A DNA stretch of 64,000 bases, from positions 162,442,001 to 162,506,000 of the forward strand of contig NC_086097.1 of assembly GCF_963921235.1 (NCBI RefSeq). The letters are read 5' to 3'. This document shows, piece after piece, positions 13,438-23,694 of this stretch. The stretch's first letter is position 1; every line of letters starts with the position of its first letter. Position numbers and translations under genes: made by a program. The notes under the pieces were generated by a model that ran no database searches, had not been told where the DNA came from, and saw only the letters and a program-made list of their open reading frames with translations. Source of the stretch: Mobula hypostoma (Eukaryota).

Positions 13438-14209
13438 CAGGGGTCCCCAACCTTTTTTGCACCGCAGACCGGTTTAGTATTGACAATATTCTCGCGGACT
13501 GGCCGACAGTGGGGGGGGGGGGCGGTGCTTAAGTACAGTTAAACTCATCTCAACATGTCTTTTACAGTTAGGGTTGCCAACTTTTTCACTCCCAAATAAG
13601 GGACAAAAGTAGCAGTCAAATACGGAACAGTGTTTACTCCGAGAAAGACTACCATGACCATGAAGCCTCGCATGGGCACATGTGTGCGCATGCGTGACGT
13701 GCGCATGTGTGTACGTGCCGATTTTTTTCCTCCACAAATCTGTTTTGGCTTAATCTTCCTGGGTACACTGTACATACATTATTTCTACTTTACATAGGCT
13801 GTGTATTTATCATATCATTCCTGCTTTTACTATATGTTAGTGTTATTTTAGGTTTTATGTGTTATTTGGTATGATTTGGTAGGTTATTTTTTGGGTCTGG
13901 GAATGCTCAAAAACTTTTCCCATATAAATTAATGGTAATTGCTTCTTTGCTTTACGCCATTTCAGCACGAAAGGTTTCATAGGAACGCTTTGCCTTAGTG
14001 GGGGGAAATACGGGACAAGGGTGGTCCCATATGGGACAAACCAATTTAGCCCAATATACAGGATGTCCCAGCAAATACGGGACAGTTGGCAACCTTATGT
14101 TCAAGTTCAACAGTGCGTGACAGGGAATGAGGAAAGGTGCAGCTGACTCATATCGTTTCCTCGCGGCCTGGTAGCACATGCTCTGCGGCCCGGTAGTTGG
14201 GGACTGCTG
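13438..14209. mobile_element. Non-autonomous hAT (Charlie-like) composite MITE
   Basis: TIRs CAGGGGTCCCCAAC / GTTGGGGACTGCTG and a perfect 8-bp TSD TTCTAGGT (13430-13437, 14210-14217). An inner TIR pair TAGGGTTGCCAAC (13569) / GTTGGCAACCTTA (14085-14097) is also present. Confidence 0.9.
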
Positions 14210-16229
14210 TTCTAGGTTGTTCGACACAACTTGTTCTTTCATCAGTGCTCAGTTGATTGCTGGAATAAAACAAAAAGCCAGCGATATCTTGTAATGATTT
14301 CTCTAGTTGTGTTCACATAGCTTGTAATGACATCACAGGCAGAAGGAGCTCGTAAAATCAGTGAGAGAGTGAAAACTGTTGAGACCTTTACACTCCTAGG
14401 TGATGTTACCCTCACTTGGACACCACTATCCAAGAAATGGTAGAACCTACGTCTGTTGTGAACCTGAGGTCTCATTTGAAAGACTCAGAGTTCTTGTTTC
14501 TAATATGAAGAATGCACCTTTGGAATGCAACAAAAGTATCTCATTTCTCCCCTGGTGATGGGGAAGACTGGCACCATAATGGACTGCCCATTCTAGACCA
14601 CTGCAAATAAGATTGCTGTGCAATGCTGTACAATTGTTGGAACTACAGTTGACAATCAAGAGTATATTTCATGCTTCCCTGCTTTAGATTGTCACCAGAG
14701 ACATAACACAAGGTTCCTAACCCATAACTTTCTATTCATTAACATTAACAGTTGTAGAATCATGGGATACAGATTGCTTCACTGGGCAAATCAGCTTTAC
14801 AGATTGCTCTTTTGAAAAGCTGACTGTGCAAAGTCAAACCTAAGTTTCAGAAAATTCCAGTGAAATAGAATGTCAAATGAATTTGAATTTTTCCAACCCA
14901 CAATAAGAATTTATTTTATAAACTAACCAAAGCTGGTGAGGTCAGTAACAATGGCTTGCTTAGAGTAAGTTTGTGTGGGAGGGATCGGTAGTTAAAGACC
15001 CATCATAAAGCTATCAGTAACATTAATCAGACATCCCCTGGATTACTTTTGGGTGGGTTTGGTTTTTAACAAGTAGCCTGTGTGATGATTTCTGTTATGT
15101 CATACTGCATCATCTGCACATTCATCAAGAAACACAAGTTCAAAAAAAATCTGCGGTTTATTTTTTCCATGTAATCTCTGAGAGCAAATTTTTTTTTCTG
15201 TATCTCAAATTTTCAGGTAATGATTTTTACAGTATAAAACATGTTTCCTTTTAAATTTAAGCAGTTTTGGATTGAGAAGCACATTTAAACCTTTTCAAGA
15301 CCTATAGTTAGTTACATTATGACTATAGAGTCTATAAGTATCTTAAGTATCTAACTAATATAAAAATCCTAATTGTGTAAAGTGAAGCAAACATTCTCTC
15401 TTGAAAAATCACTAGAGGGCTCTTGAATATTGCTCTTTTTCATTTTCAGTGAGAAGGCTGCAGAAATAATCTTTTTCTTCACAATGTGAAATCTGTGTGC
15501 CTCTGGTTCAAGCTACCTTCCTTTATGTACTTGCGACAATAATAACTCAAGGTCTCCTTCTGTGCCATAATGAATCTATGATTTTGTAATGTTCTTTGAA
15601 CTGAAGTAATGGAGTTACAAATTTGGTCAAAGATTAACATCATAGGACATAAACAAGATAGAAAATATCTTGTTTCTAAAAGGGTGCATATTTAAACCAT
15701 AACAGCTTAATTGTTAAGTTTGCAAATAATTAGTCCTGTTTCGCTAATAGTTTTGAATTTGTACATCATTAAACTTTGCACAATTATATAAATGTGGAGG
15801 TTTTATATCCAATGGTTAGCTGCTTTGAGAGTCACATTGTGGATTGAAACTTAATATTTTACTTGTTAATTGTTTTCATTTCCTGTGTGTGCGCAATGGC
15901 TTCTGGTATCTGATGTCCGTTAGCTGAACAAGAGATAATAGACCGGTTTCTGCCAAGAACAATTATACTTGTTTATTGGTTCCTGTGGATAACTTGAGAG
16001 ACAGTGAAAATTACCTCCGTCCGACCTTCAATTTGATTCTTTTTATCAATTGTATTGTTGTTTGGGCAAATCATGTAAGTGAAAATTACCCAGACAAACT
16101 GGATTTTTCGTAGATGTACTGGACGTACTGCATTTTGAAAAGTGTTGGTGTTCATGTGTGTCCTTGTATGTGCATCACTGAAAGAAAACAAGCAGGTACT
16201 GTGAGAAGTTAGGAAGATTAGTGTTTGTC

Positions 16230-17345
16230 TTTATTGCTGGAAAATTTGAGTACAGTGGTGAAGATTTCTCATAACTATTGTGGGAGTCTTAATGAGAGTG
16301 CGTTTTGAATATTGTGTATAGATCTGATCCCCATGCAAGGAAAGATGTATTGAGGGATTGCAGCTAATGTTGACTAGATTGATCCCTAGGATGGCAGCTT
16401 AGTCATATAAATAGAACTTAAGCGGTTTGGCTTTAAATTTAAAATAGTGAGAAGCAATTTGACTGAAACAAGCAAAATTCTTACTTGGCTTGATAACATA
16501 GATATGGAGTTAACAGACATCCCACCCTGCAAAAACTCATTTCAGGGAGGTAGCACTATCAATTGTGGGAGACTCCCGGAACTTCCGGGAGAGGTAGGAT
16601 GTTTGCAATAGAGTAGCTCCTTGAGAGCTAGCCAGTTAGTTTAGATAACGTTAGCTATGCTAATGAACGAATGACACCTGTTAAACTCACCTCAACATGT
16701 CTTTTACAGTCTTACCCCACCATGGGCAATAGAAAAGTCACTGTTGTAAACAGTGCAGTGAGCAACACTGTCATTATTATTGACCCCTATTAGGCAGGGG
16801 TACTCTTTAGTGTAGTCTGGGGTGACGTATGTTTTATATTTTCTTTTATTGGAACACTCTGCCATGGCACACTCTCTCTCTCTCTCTCTCTCTCTGTCAC
16901 GCTCGTTCTCTCTCTCTTTCGCACTCTCTCTTGCTCTCTGTCTCACTCTTGCGCGCTCTCTCGCGCTCTCTCTTGATCTCTCTTGCTCACTCGCTCTCAA
17001 AAAAATGATTTCCGGGATATTGTATATAATTTGCAGGCATCAGGGAACCACTATCAATATGCGGGAGACTCCCAAAACTTCCGGGAGAGGTGGAATGTCT
17101 GAGTTAATGTTTCCTGTGGTTGCGATGTCTTAAACAAGATATCACAATATCAAAATATCAAAATAAGATAGGGATGAGAAAATATTTCTTCGTCTTTGGA
17201 ATTTAGACACACGAATAGGCAAGGAATTGAGGGGAAATAGACTACATGCAGGCAGATGTACAGTTTAAATTGGAATCATAGTCAATTCAGCTATGATGAG
17301 CTTTAGGGCTTGTTCCCGTGCTGTACTGTTCCATATTCTACGTTC
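16230..17345 (+). mobile_element. Decayed CR1 3' fragment hosting the hAT insertion at 16514-17101
   Basis: CR1 ORF2 C-terminal and 3' UTR remnants. The sequence 'gatatggagttaa|tgtttcctgtggtt' rejoins across the insert. Confidence 0.65.
16514..17101 (-). mobile_element. hAT transposon deletion derivative retaining the transposase N-terminus
   Basis: TIRs CAGACATCCCACC / GGTGGAATGTCTG, with AGTTAA duplicated on both flanks. The minus strand from ATG 16865 reads MAECSNKRKYKTY..KEYPCL..AHCTVYNSDFSIAHGG..(fs)CKRH, a BED-like zinc-finger start of hAT transposases. It contains an internal (CT)n tract. Confidence 0.75.
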
Positions 17346-17618
17346 TCTTTCAAGCTGGATGCATTCATAATGTGTATTCCAGGCTGTAATAATAATTTTT
17401 AAGAGGATTGATCAATGTGGGGTTCTTGCAGAAAACCTGTCCTATAGAATAAGATTAGCCATGACCTTAATGAGTGGTAGTGAATGTACAGAGAGATAAA
17501 TTTGTTATTCTTTACTCCTTACAAGGAAGAGCATTCAATACCTCTCAGCCTGTAGTTCATGGAGTTCCGAAAGATGAGGGTGGATCTCATTGAAACCTAT
17601 TGGATACTGAAAGGCCAG

Positions 17619-17679
17619 GGCAGCATCAATGGAGAAGAGTAAACAGTCACACTTTGGGTTGCGACCTTCTTTCAGGACT
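17619..17679 (-). mobile_element. Degenerate Penelope pLTR/hammerhead fragment inserted in a CR1 remnant
   Basis: 'ggcagcatcaatggagaagagtaaacagtcacactttgggttgcgaccttctttcaggact' aligns with the copy at 32050-32109. Confidence 0.6.
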
Positions 17680-18682
17680 CAAGTGGACAGGCCTTGTGAC
17701 TGTTTTATGACCAACACAGAGAGATGCAGAGTCCCCTCCAACTAGCAAGATCAAAATAATGATAAAACAGGCAAAAATATAGGAATATTAGAATTAGAAG
17801 CAAGAAGATCATAAGATCTAGCGGCAGAATTAGACCATTTACAGCCCAATATCCAGCATTTGCATTATTTTGCCCATGGAAAAAAACTTGGTTTATTAAA
17901 CTGTAGACATTTGCAAAACAAACTGCACCAGGACTTAAGAGCAAGAAAATGTATTAAATGAAGAATTAATTATATGCATGCTTGCAAAATAAAAGATTGT
18001 AGCTCACAATGAGCTCAATAGCTCACAGGGCTATTCCCACACTGTGTGAGCCTATGGAACATCATACATAAATCTTACTTCAAAGAAATGCTAGTTTGGT
18101 AATCTCTTAGCCAACACAGTGAATATTAGCATGGGACATCATGTGGAAACCATTCCGGTTTAATTTAAAATTATGCATTCTGTGAGTCAGAATTCTGCTG
18201 CCTACAAGATTCATAAGCTTTGAACTTCTGTATGTATTGATTTTTTAAAAATTGAGATTTTTGTGATGCAAGATAGACATAGCCACAATTTACTACAATA
18301 CCTTGGCACAAAGCCCATGCTGTATGCTACCTACTAAAAAAAGACATTATAGCATCCTGTTTGGATGTTTGTCATACTGCTGAAGAAAGCAAGCAAATTA
18401 CAAAACAGTAAAGGAAGTCAGATCTTCTCATCCTGTTCTGTGGGGCACTAAAGCTAGAAACTGCTCTGCTTAATATTTATTCAGTAAAGGTTAAGACAGC
18501 ATTTATTTGCATCTTGCTCAATAGGCACTTTTCAGTTCCAAATGAAATGTACCCCAAGGTGCTATGTTCTATCTCACAGCAACTAAAGCTGACATATTCA
18601 AATTCAGCTGCCATATCTTAAAATAACCTACTCATGTGCAGGTAAACATTTTAGCACAATATTTGAATTTAGAACCATCCCA

Positions 18683-18755
18683 TGCACACACATACACACA
18701 CACACACATGCATACACGCTCGCACACACAAACACACGCACGCATACACACACAC
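18683..18755. repeat. Imperfect (CA)n microsatellite
   Basis: CA/CG/TA dinucleotide run seen directly in the sequence. Confidence 0.9.
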
Positions 18756-19298
18756 CTAAAACATTTCACAAACTTAGTATTTGTCAAAATATACTTTTGA
18801 TATAATCAGTGTTATAATGTGAAAAATATTAGAAGTAAATAGGAAAAATGTTTTGTGTTTTATTAAATAGGCATAGGCATTTATCCTTTATCATCCTAAA
18901 ATTTTTCTCTGGTGCTTTTTTTTCTAGCATACTGACCATTCTTATCGCAAGTCTAAGTGATACCCAACATATGTATTTTACAGTTGATGGACTAATCCTG
19001 ATGAATTAGTTTATGTTAGGAGGAGAGGATAACAATGAGTGCAAGAAACAAGAAGTTCACACAGAAAGAGAACACGAGTAGCGAGAATGTATTCTGTTCA
19101 CACTAAGCAAGCAATTACTAGATATGCTGCATTGATTTCCAAAATGCCCAGTGGTAATTTTCTTTTGAGTGTGTCTTTGCATATTAATCACATAAAGTTA
19201 TTTGATTCCAAATGAATAGTTCTCCCAGTATAGGAAGAAATTTGTTCTGTTTGGCTGATGGTTTACTCTGTAATGTGTCCATAGTTGTCCTCTGTGTA

Positions 19299-19810
19299 CA
19301 GGTGCCCCCGCTTCACGCCACTTTGCTTTTACGAAAGACCTACATTAGTACCTGTTTTCACTAACTGAAAGAAATCCGAAGAGGATTTTCGCTTTTATGA
19401 GAAAAGATGCCCGCTTTAAACTTGTGTTTACTCCGAGAAAGACTACCATGACCGTGAAGCCTTGAGCGGGCAAGTGTGTGCGCATGTGTGTACGTGTCGA
19501 TTTTTTTCTACAAATCGGTTTTGACTAAATCTTCCCGATTCTGATAAGTGAAACTACACTGCACATACATGGTTTCTGATTTATATAGACTGTGTATTTA
19601 TCATATCATTCCTGTTTTTACTAAATGTTAGTGTTATTTTAGGTTTTATGTGCTATTTGGTATGATTTGGTCGGTTATTTTTTTGGGTCTGGGAACGCTC
19701 AAAAATTTTTCCCATATAAATTAATGGTAATTGCTTCTTCGCTTTATGCCATTTCAGCTTACGAACAGTTTCATAGGAACGCTCTACTTTCGGATAGCGG
19801 GGGAAACCTG
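19299..19810. mobile_element. Tc1/mariner (Tigger/pogo-type) MITE
   Basis: TIRs CAGGTGCCCCCGCT / AGCGGGGGAAACCTG, flanked by a TA duplication (19297-98, 19811-12). Confidence 0.85.
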
Positions 19811-20365
19811 TATTGGGATTTGCATATAAAATATGGTAGCTGTTAAATTTTGTACAAAAGTTTTCAACCATCACAGTACTCCTTTCTTCGAAGCTAGTAG
19901 CAACTATATATTTTCCAATATGTTCAGGCCTTCAAGTGATGGCAGATGTCAGTGAAAAATTGTCAATGTCATTCTGCTTTGTAGCATTTGAAGGAGATTT
20001 AATTCCCATTGTGTTAGTACAGAGGTGAACTCATTTGTGACGGAATCTGAGAATAACAGGTATAATTGAGATCTTGGAATCTGCATTGTAATGCCAACTA
20101 ATGTTAACTTGTTCCCTCTACTCTAGAGATATGGCAACTCCTTTAAAGTTATTAACTTTTTTTGCAGTTATTCTGCAATTATCTTGCAATAGTACATTTC
20201 TTCATGTTTTTGCTTGATTTTTCCTAGATTTACTTCTTATTTAAAAGCCAAGAGTGAACAAGTTTTGTATATATAGACACATGTAGTTGTTTTTGGGCAT
20301 ATTAGTCACAACCATAACACACTGGAGGAACTCAGCAGGTGGGGCAGCATCCGTGGAAAAAGATC

Positions 20366-20401
20366 GGTCGACGTTTCGGGCCGGAACCCTTCGTCAGGAC
20401 T
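20366..20401 (-). ncRNA. Minimal type I hammerhead ribozyme motif (Penelope-associated)
   Basis: Minus strand AGTC-CTGACGA-A-GGGT TCCG GCCC-GAAAC-GTC-GACC: core boxes, stem II, a palindromic ACGT stem III and a GUC cleavage triplet. Confidence 0.75.
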
Positions 20402-20821
20402 GTAGAAGGAAGGGGCAGAGGCCCTATAAAGAAGGTGGGAGGAGGGTGGGAAGGAGAAGGCTGGTAGGTTCCAGGTGAGAAACCAGTAAGGGGAAAGATA
20501 AAGGGGTGGGGGAAGGGAGGCAGGGAGTTGATAGGCAGGAAAGGTGAAGAAAGAATAGGGGAAAACACAATGGATAGTAGAAGGAGGCGGAACCAAGAGG
20601 GAGGTGGTAGGCAGCTGGGTGAGGGGGCAGAGTGACATAGGGATAGGGGAAGGGGAGGGAATTACCGGAAGTTGGAGAACTCTATGTTCATACCAAGGGG
20701 CTGGAGGCTACCTAGACGGTACATGAGGTGTTGCTCCTCCAACCTGAGTTTAGCCTCATCATGGCAGTAGAGGAGGCCATGTATGGACATATCTGAATGG
20801 GAGTGGGAAGCAGAGTTGAAG

Positions 20822-20857
20822 GGTCCTGACGAAGGGTCTCAGCCCGAAACGTCGACT
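20822..20857 (+). ncRNA. Minimal type I hammerhead ribozyme motif (Penelope-associated)
   Basis: GGTC-CTGACGA-A-GGGT CTCA GCCC-GAAAC-GTC-GACT. Confidence 0.78.
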
Positions 20858-21419
20858 GTACCTCTTCCTAGAGATGCTGCCTGGCCTGCTGCGTTCACCA
20901 GCAACTTTTGTGTGTGTTGCAATGAAGTAAGATGTCTATTTATAATTCAGCTGTTTGGAAATCCAGTGATAGCTCTTCATTCTTTCCTTGTCTAGCGATT
21001 GATTCACAGCTGCGATCCATATTTGCTTTTAGCTTTCTGGTTCACAGGTGGACTTTCAAAGGTTTTCCTGTCCTGCCAAGTGCAGATGTGACAATGTCAT
21101 GTGATTTATTATTAAAGTTATGAGAGCCTTCTTTCCTTCATGAACAAAACTGATAAAAATAATTAAAATTACATTATATTTCCCTTTCATTGTATTCCAA
21201 AGCATTTCTCAGCCAATGAAATTCTTTTGAAATGATGTGACCATTGTAAGAAATAGTACAACTCTTAGAAAACATCGCTGCTTCTGGGAGCTTGCTGTGC
21301 ACTCATTTGCAGTAACTACAGTAACTAGTTGTTTTTCTAGTAACTTTTAGTGAGAATTCAATATTGGTCAGAGATAAATTCACTCTTCTTTAAAATGGTG
21401 CTATAGATCTTATTATATC

Positions 21420-22612
21420 TTTATTGATTACAACTCATTATTTAATACCATCTTCCTCTCAAAACTAAACTCTAAGACCTGGGCCTCAATATCCCCTTGT
21501 GCAATTGGATTCTGGATTTCTATGTTTGCAGATCCCAGTCAGTTTGGATTGGCAAAAGTATCTCCTCTACAATCTCCATCAGCACAGGAGCACCACAGGG
21601 ATGTGTACTTAGCCCCCTGCTCTACTCACTTTATACCTGTGACTTTGTGGCTAAGCACAGCTCCAACAGCATGTTCAAGTTTGCTGATGACACCAGTGTT
21701 GTGGGCTGTATCAAAGGTGGTGATGAATCAGTATACAGGAGGGAGATTGAAAATTTGGCTGATTGGTGTAATAACAACAACCTCTCACTCAATGTCAATA
21801 AGACCTAGGAGCTGATTGTAGACTTCAGGAGAGGGAAACCAGAGGTCCATAAGCCAGTACTCATTGGAGGAGCAGAGGTGGAGAGGGTCAGTAACTTTAA
21901 ATTCCTGGTGTCACTATCTTGGAGGACCTGTGCTGGACCCAACATATAAATATAATTGCAAAGAAAGCACAACAGTGCCTCTACTTCCTCAGGAGTCTGA
22001 AGATTCGGCCTGTCATCAAAAATCTTAGCAACTTCTATAGATGTGTAATGGAAAGTGTATAGACTGGCTGCATTACGGCCTGGTATGGGAACACCAACAC
22101 CTTTGAGTGGAAAATCCTACAAAAGTAATGGATTCAGCCCAATAGATCACGAGTAAAGCTGTCCAACTTGAAACTTTGTCGTAGAAAAGGAGCATCCATC
22201 ATCAAAGATCCTCTCCACCCAGGCCATGTTTTTTCCTTACTGCTGCCATCAGTTACTAGGTACAGGAGCCTCAGGACTCGCACCAGCAGGCTCAAGAACA
22301 GTTACTACCCCTCAATCATCAGGCTCTTGAACAAAAGGGGATAACTACACTCATTCTATTTCTGGTGTTCCTACAACTGATGGTCTCACTTTAAGGACTC
22401 TTTACCTTGTTATTTTATGCTCTTTCATTTCATGTTATTTCATATTATTTATTGCTATTTATTTACAAATTTGCAGAGTTTGTTCTTCATTGATCCTGTT
22501 TACAGTTACTTTTCTATAGAATTGATAAGTATGCCCACAGGAAAAAGAATCTCAGAGTTGTATGTGGTGACATACATGAACTCTGACAATAAATTGTACT
22601 TTGAACTTTATT
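21420..22612 (+). mobile_element. Rex1/Babar LINE, RT to 3' tail
   Basis: ORF 21497-21808 [45 protein letters not shown]; 3' tail 'aataaattgtactttgaacttt'. Confidence 0.92.
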
Positions 22613-22659
22613 TTCCATGGCTTTAATTTTAAAGCCACAGCCAAAAATGAAAAAAAAAA

Positions 22660-22800
22660 AGCCTTTTCCAAAGCAATATTCCCCCAGTGCTGCACTGGAA
22701 TATCAGTCTAAAATTATGTGCTCACATTTCTGGAGTAAACTTGAACTAAGCTCCTTTCGACGGACAGGCAAATTCTCCACTAACCTAGCCACAACTCAGT
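22660..22800 (-). mobile_element. Ancient DeuSINE/SacSINE1-like SINE head
   Basis: 'cagtgctgcactggaatatcagtctaaaattatgtgctcacatttctggagtaaacttgaac' resembles the shark SacSINE1-like 5' region. Recognised from memory, not aligned. Confidence 0.5.
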
Positions 22801-23004
22801 TGCTTTAACGCTTACAGCAGGAAATGAACATTTCAGCCTTCAAGTCCTTGAACTGATATGGAAAGATATACAATGACACTTCTGTGATATGTTGAGGGGG
22901 TTTGTATTTTTATGGCTCCACAGCAAAAAAGAGAAGAAGTAATTATACTTGTTGTCTTGGGCCTTTATTTCTCCTTCAATTGCCTTCACTGTACTTAACG
23001 CATT

Positions 23005-23150
23005 ATTGTTTGTGGGAACATGGAGTGTGCATATTGGCTTCTGTGTTCCTTCAATTATAACAAGGACGACACTTCAGGAGTACATCACAGGATATAAAGC
23101 ATCTTGGAATATTTTGAAAGGGATGTGAAAGTTGCTATACAAATGCAACT
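23005..23150 (+). mobile_element. Ancient DeuSINE/SacSINE1-like SINE 3' portion
   Basis: 'gtttgtggga..tgtgcatattggct..acacttcaggagtac..gtgaaagttgctatacaaatgcaa' resembles the L2-like tail of this family. A reverse-strand relic lies near 21170-21260. Confidence 0.5.
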
Positions 23151-23273
23151 CATTACATTTTTGAGCTTTATAATTAATGATTTACTTGTACTAGCTTCTG
23201 CTGCTTTATATCTAGTACATATAGAAGGGTGCGAGTACTGGATAGAATCCTCATGTATATTGTCACTTCAGCT

Positions 23274-23694
23274 TGTAATGAGTTCTTGGGGCCTGCGTGG
23301 GGTGCCAGAGGGTGTTGGGTGCTGAGGTTTTTAGAGCACATGAATTGGTTAATTGTTGTTTAATAACAGTTGTCAATTGTTTAGAGTTCATTGTGTTTTT
23401 CATGAGCGACTGGCTCTTTGTAATGTGGACTCCTGGTGCCTGCTGTTTAAGCTTGTTAGGTTTATTTTGATAGGCTTGGGGATTCTGCGTTACTTGTATT
23501 ATTTAAGTGGATGCCTGATTAGCACTCATTGCAGGGTCCTAGGTTTGAGAATGTTACGTCTCAGGGTGTCGCTCGGATAAGCCACTGATATTCTTTTTGA
23601 ATTATTCTGAATAAACTCTCGTTGCCATCTTTACATCAGAGTCTGTCTTTTCCTCTGCACTTGGGTTCCAATATTGTCAGCGCACATCGTGACA
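23274..23694 (+). mobile_element. Solo LTR (Gypsy-like)
   Basis: TG..CA ends with an imperfect inverted repeat TGTAATGA / TCGTGACA, and AATAAA near 23610. The flanks CAGCT / CAACC may be a degenerate 5-bp TSD. Confidence 0.6.

Larger units (their letters stand above)
20307..20920 (-). mobile_element. Penelope-like 3' fragment (minus, 20307-20820) joined to an inverted pLTR copy (plus, 20821-20920)
   Basis: 20660-20820 is the reverse complement of the GIY-YIG C-terminal region seen at 5630-5790. pLTR/hammerhead sequence lies at both ends in opposite orientations. Confidence 0.88.

Noticed and set aside
16704..17133. RE-rich and SL-rich ORFs
   Set aside because: These are translations of a (CT)n/(GA)n microsatellite inside the hAT derivative.
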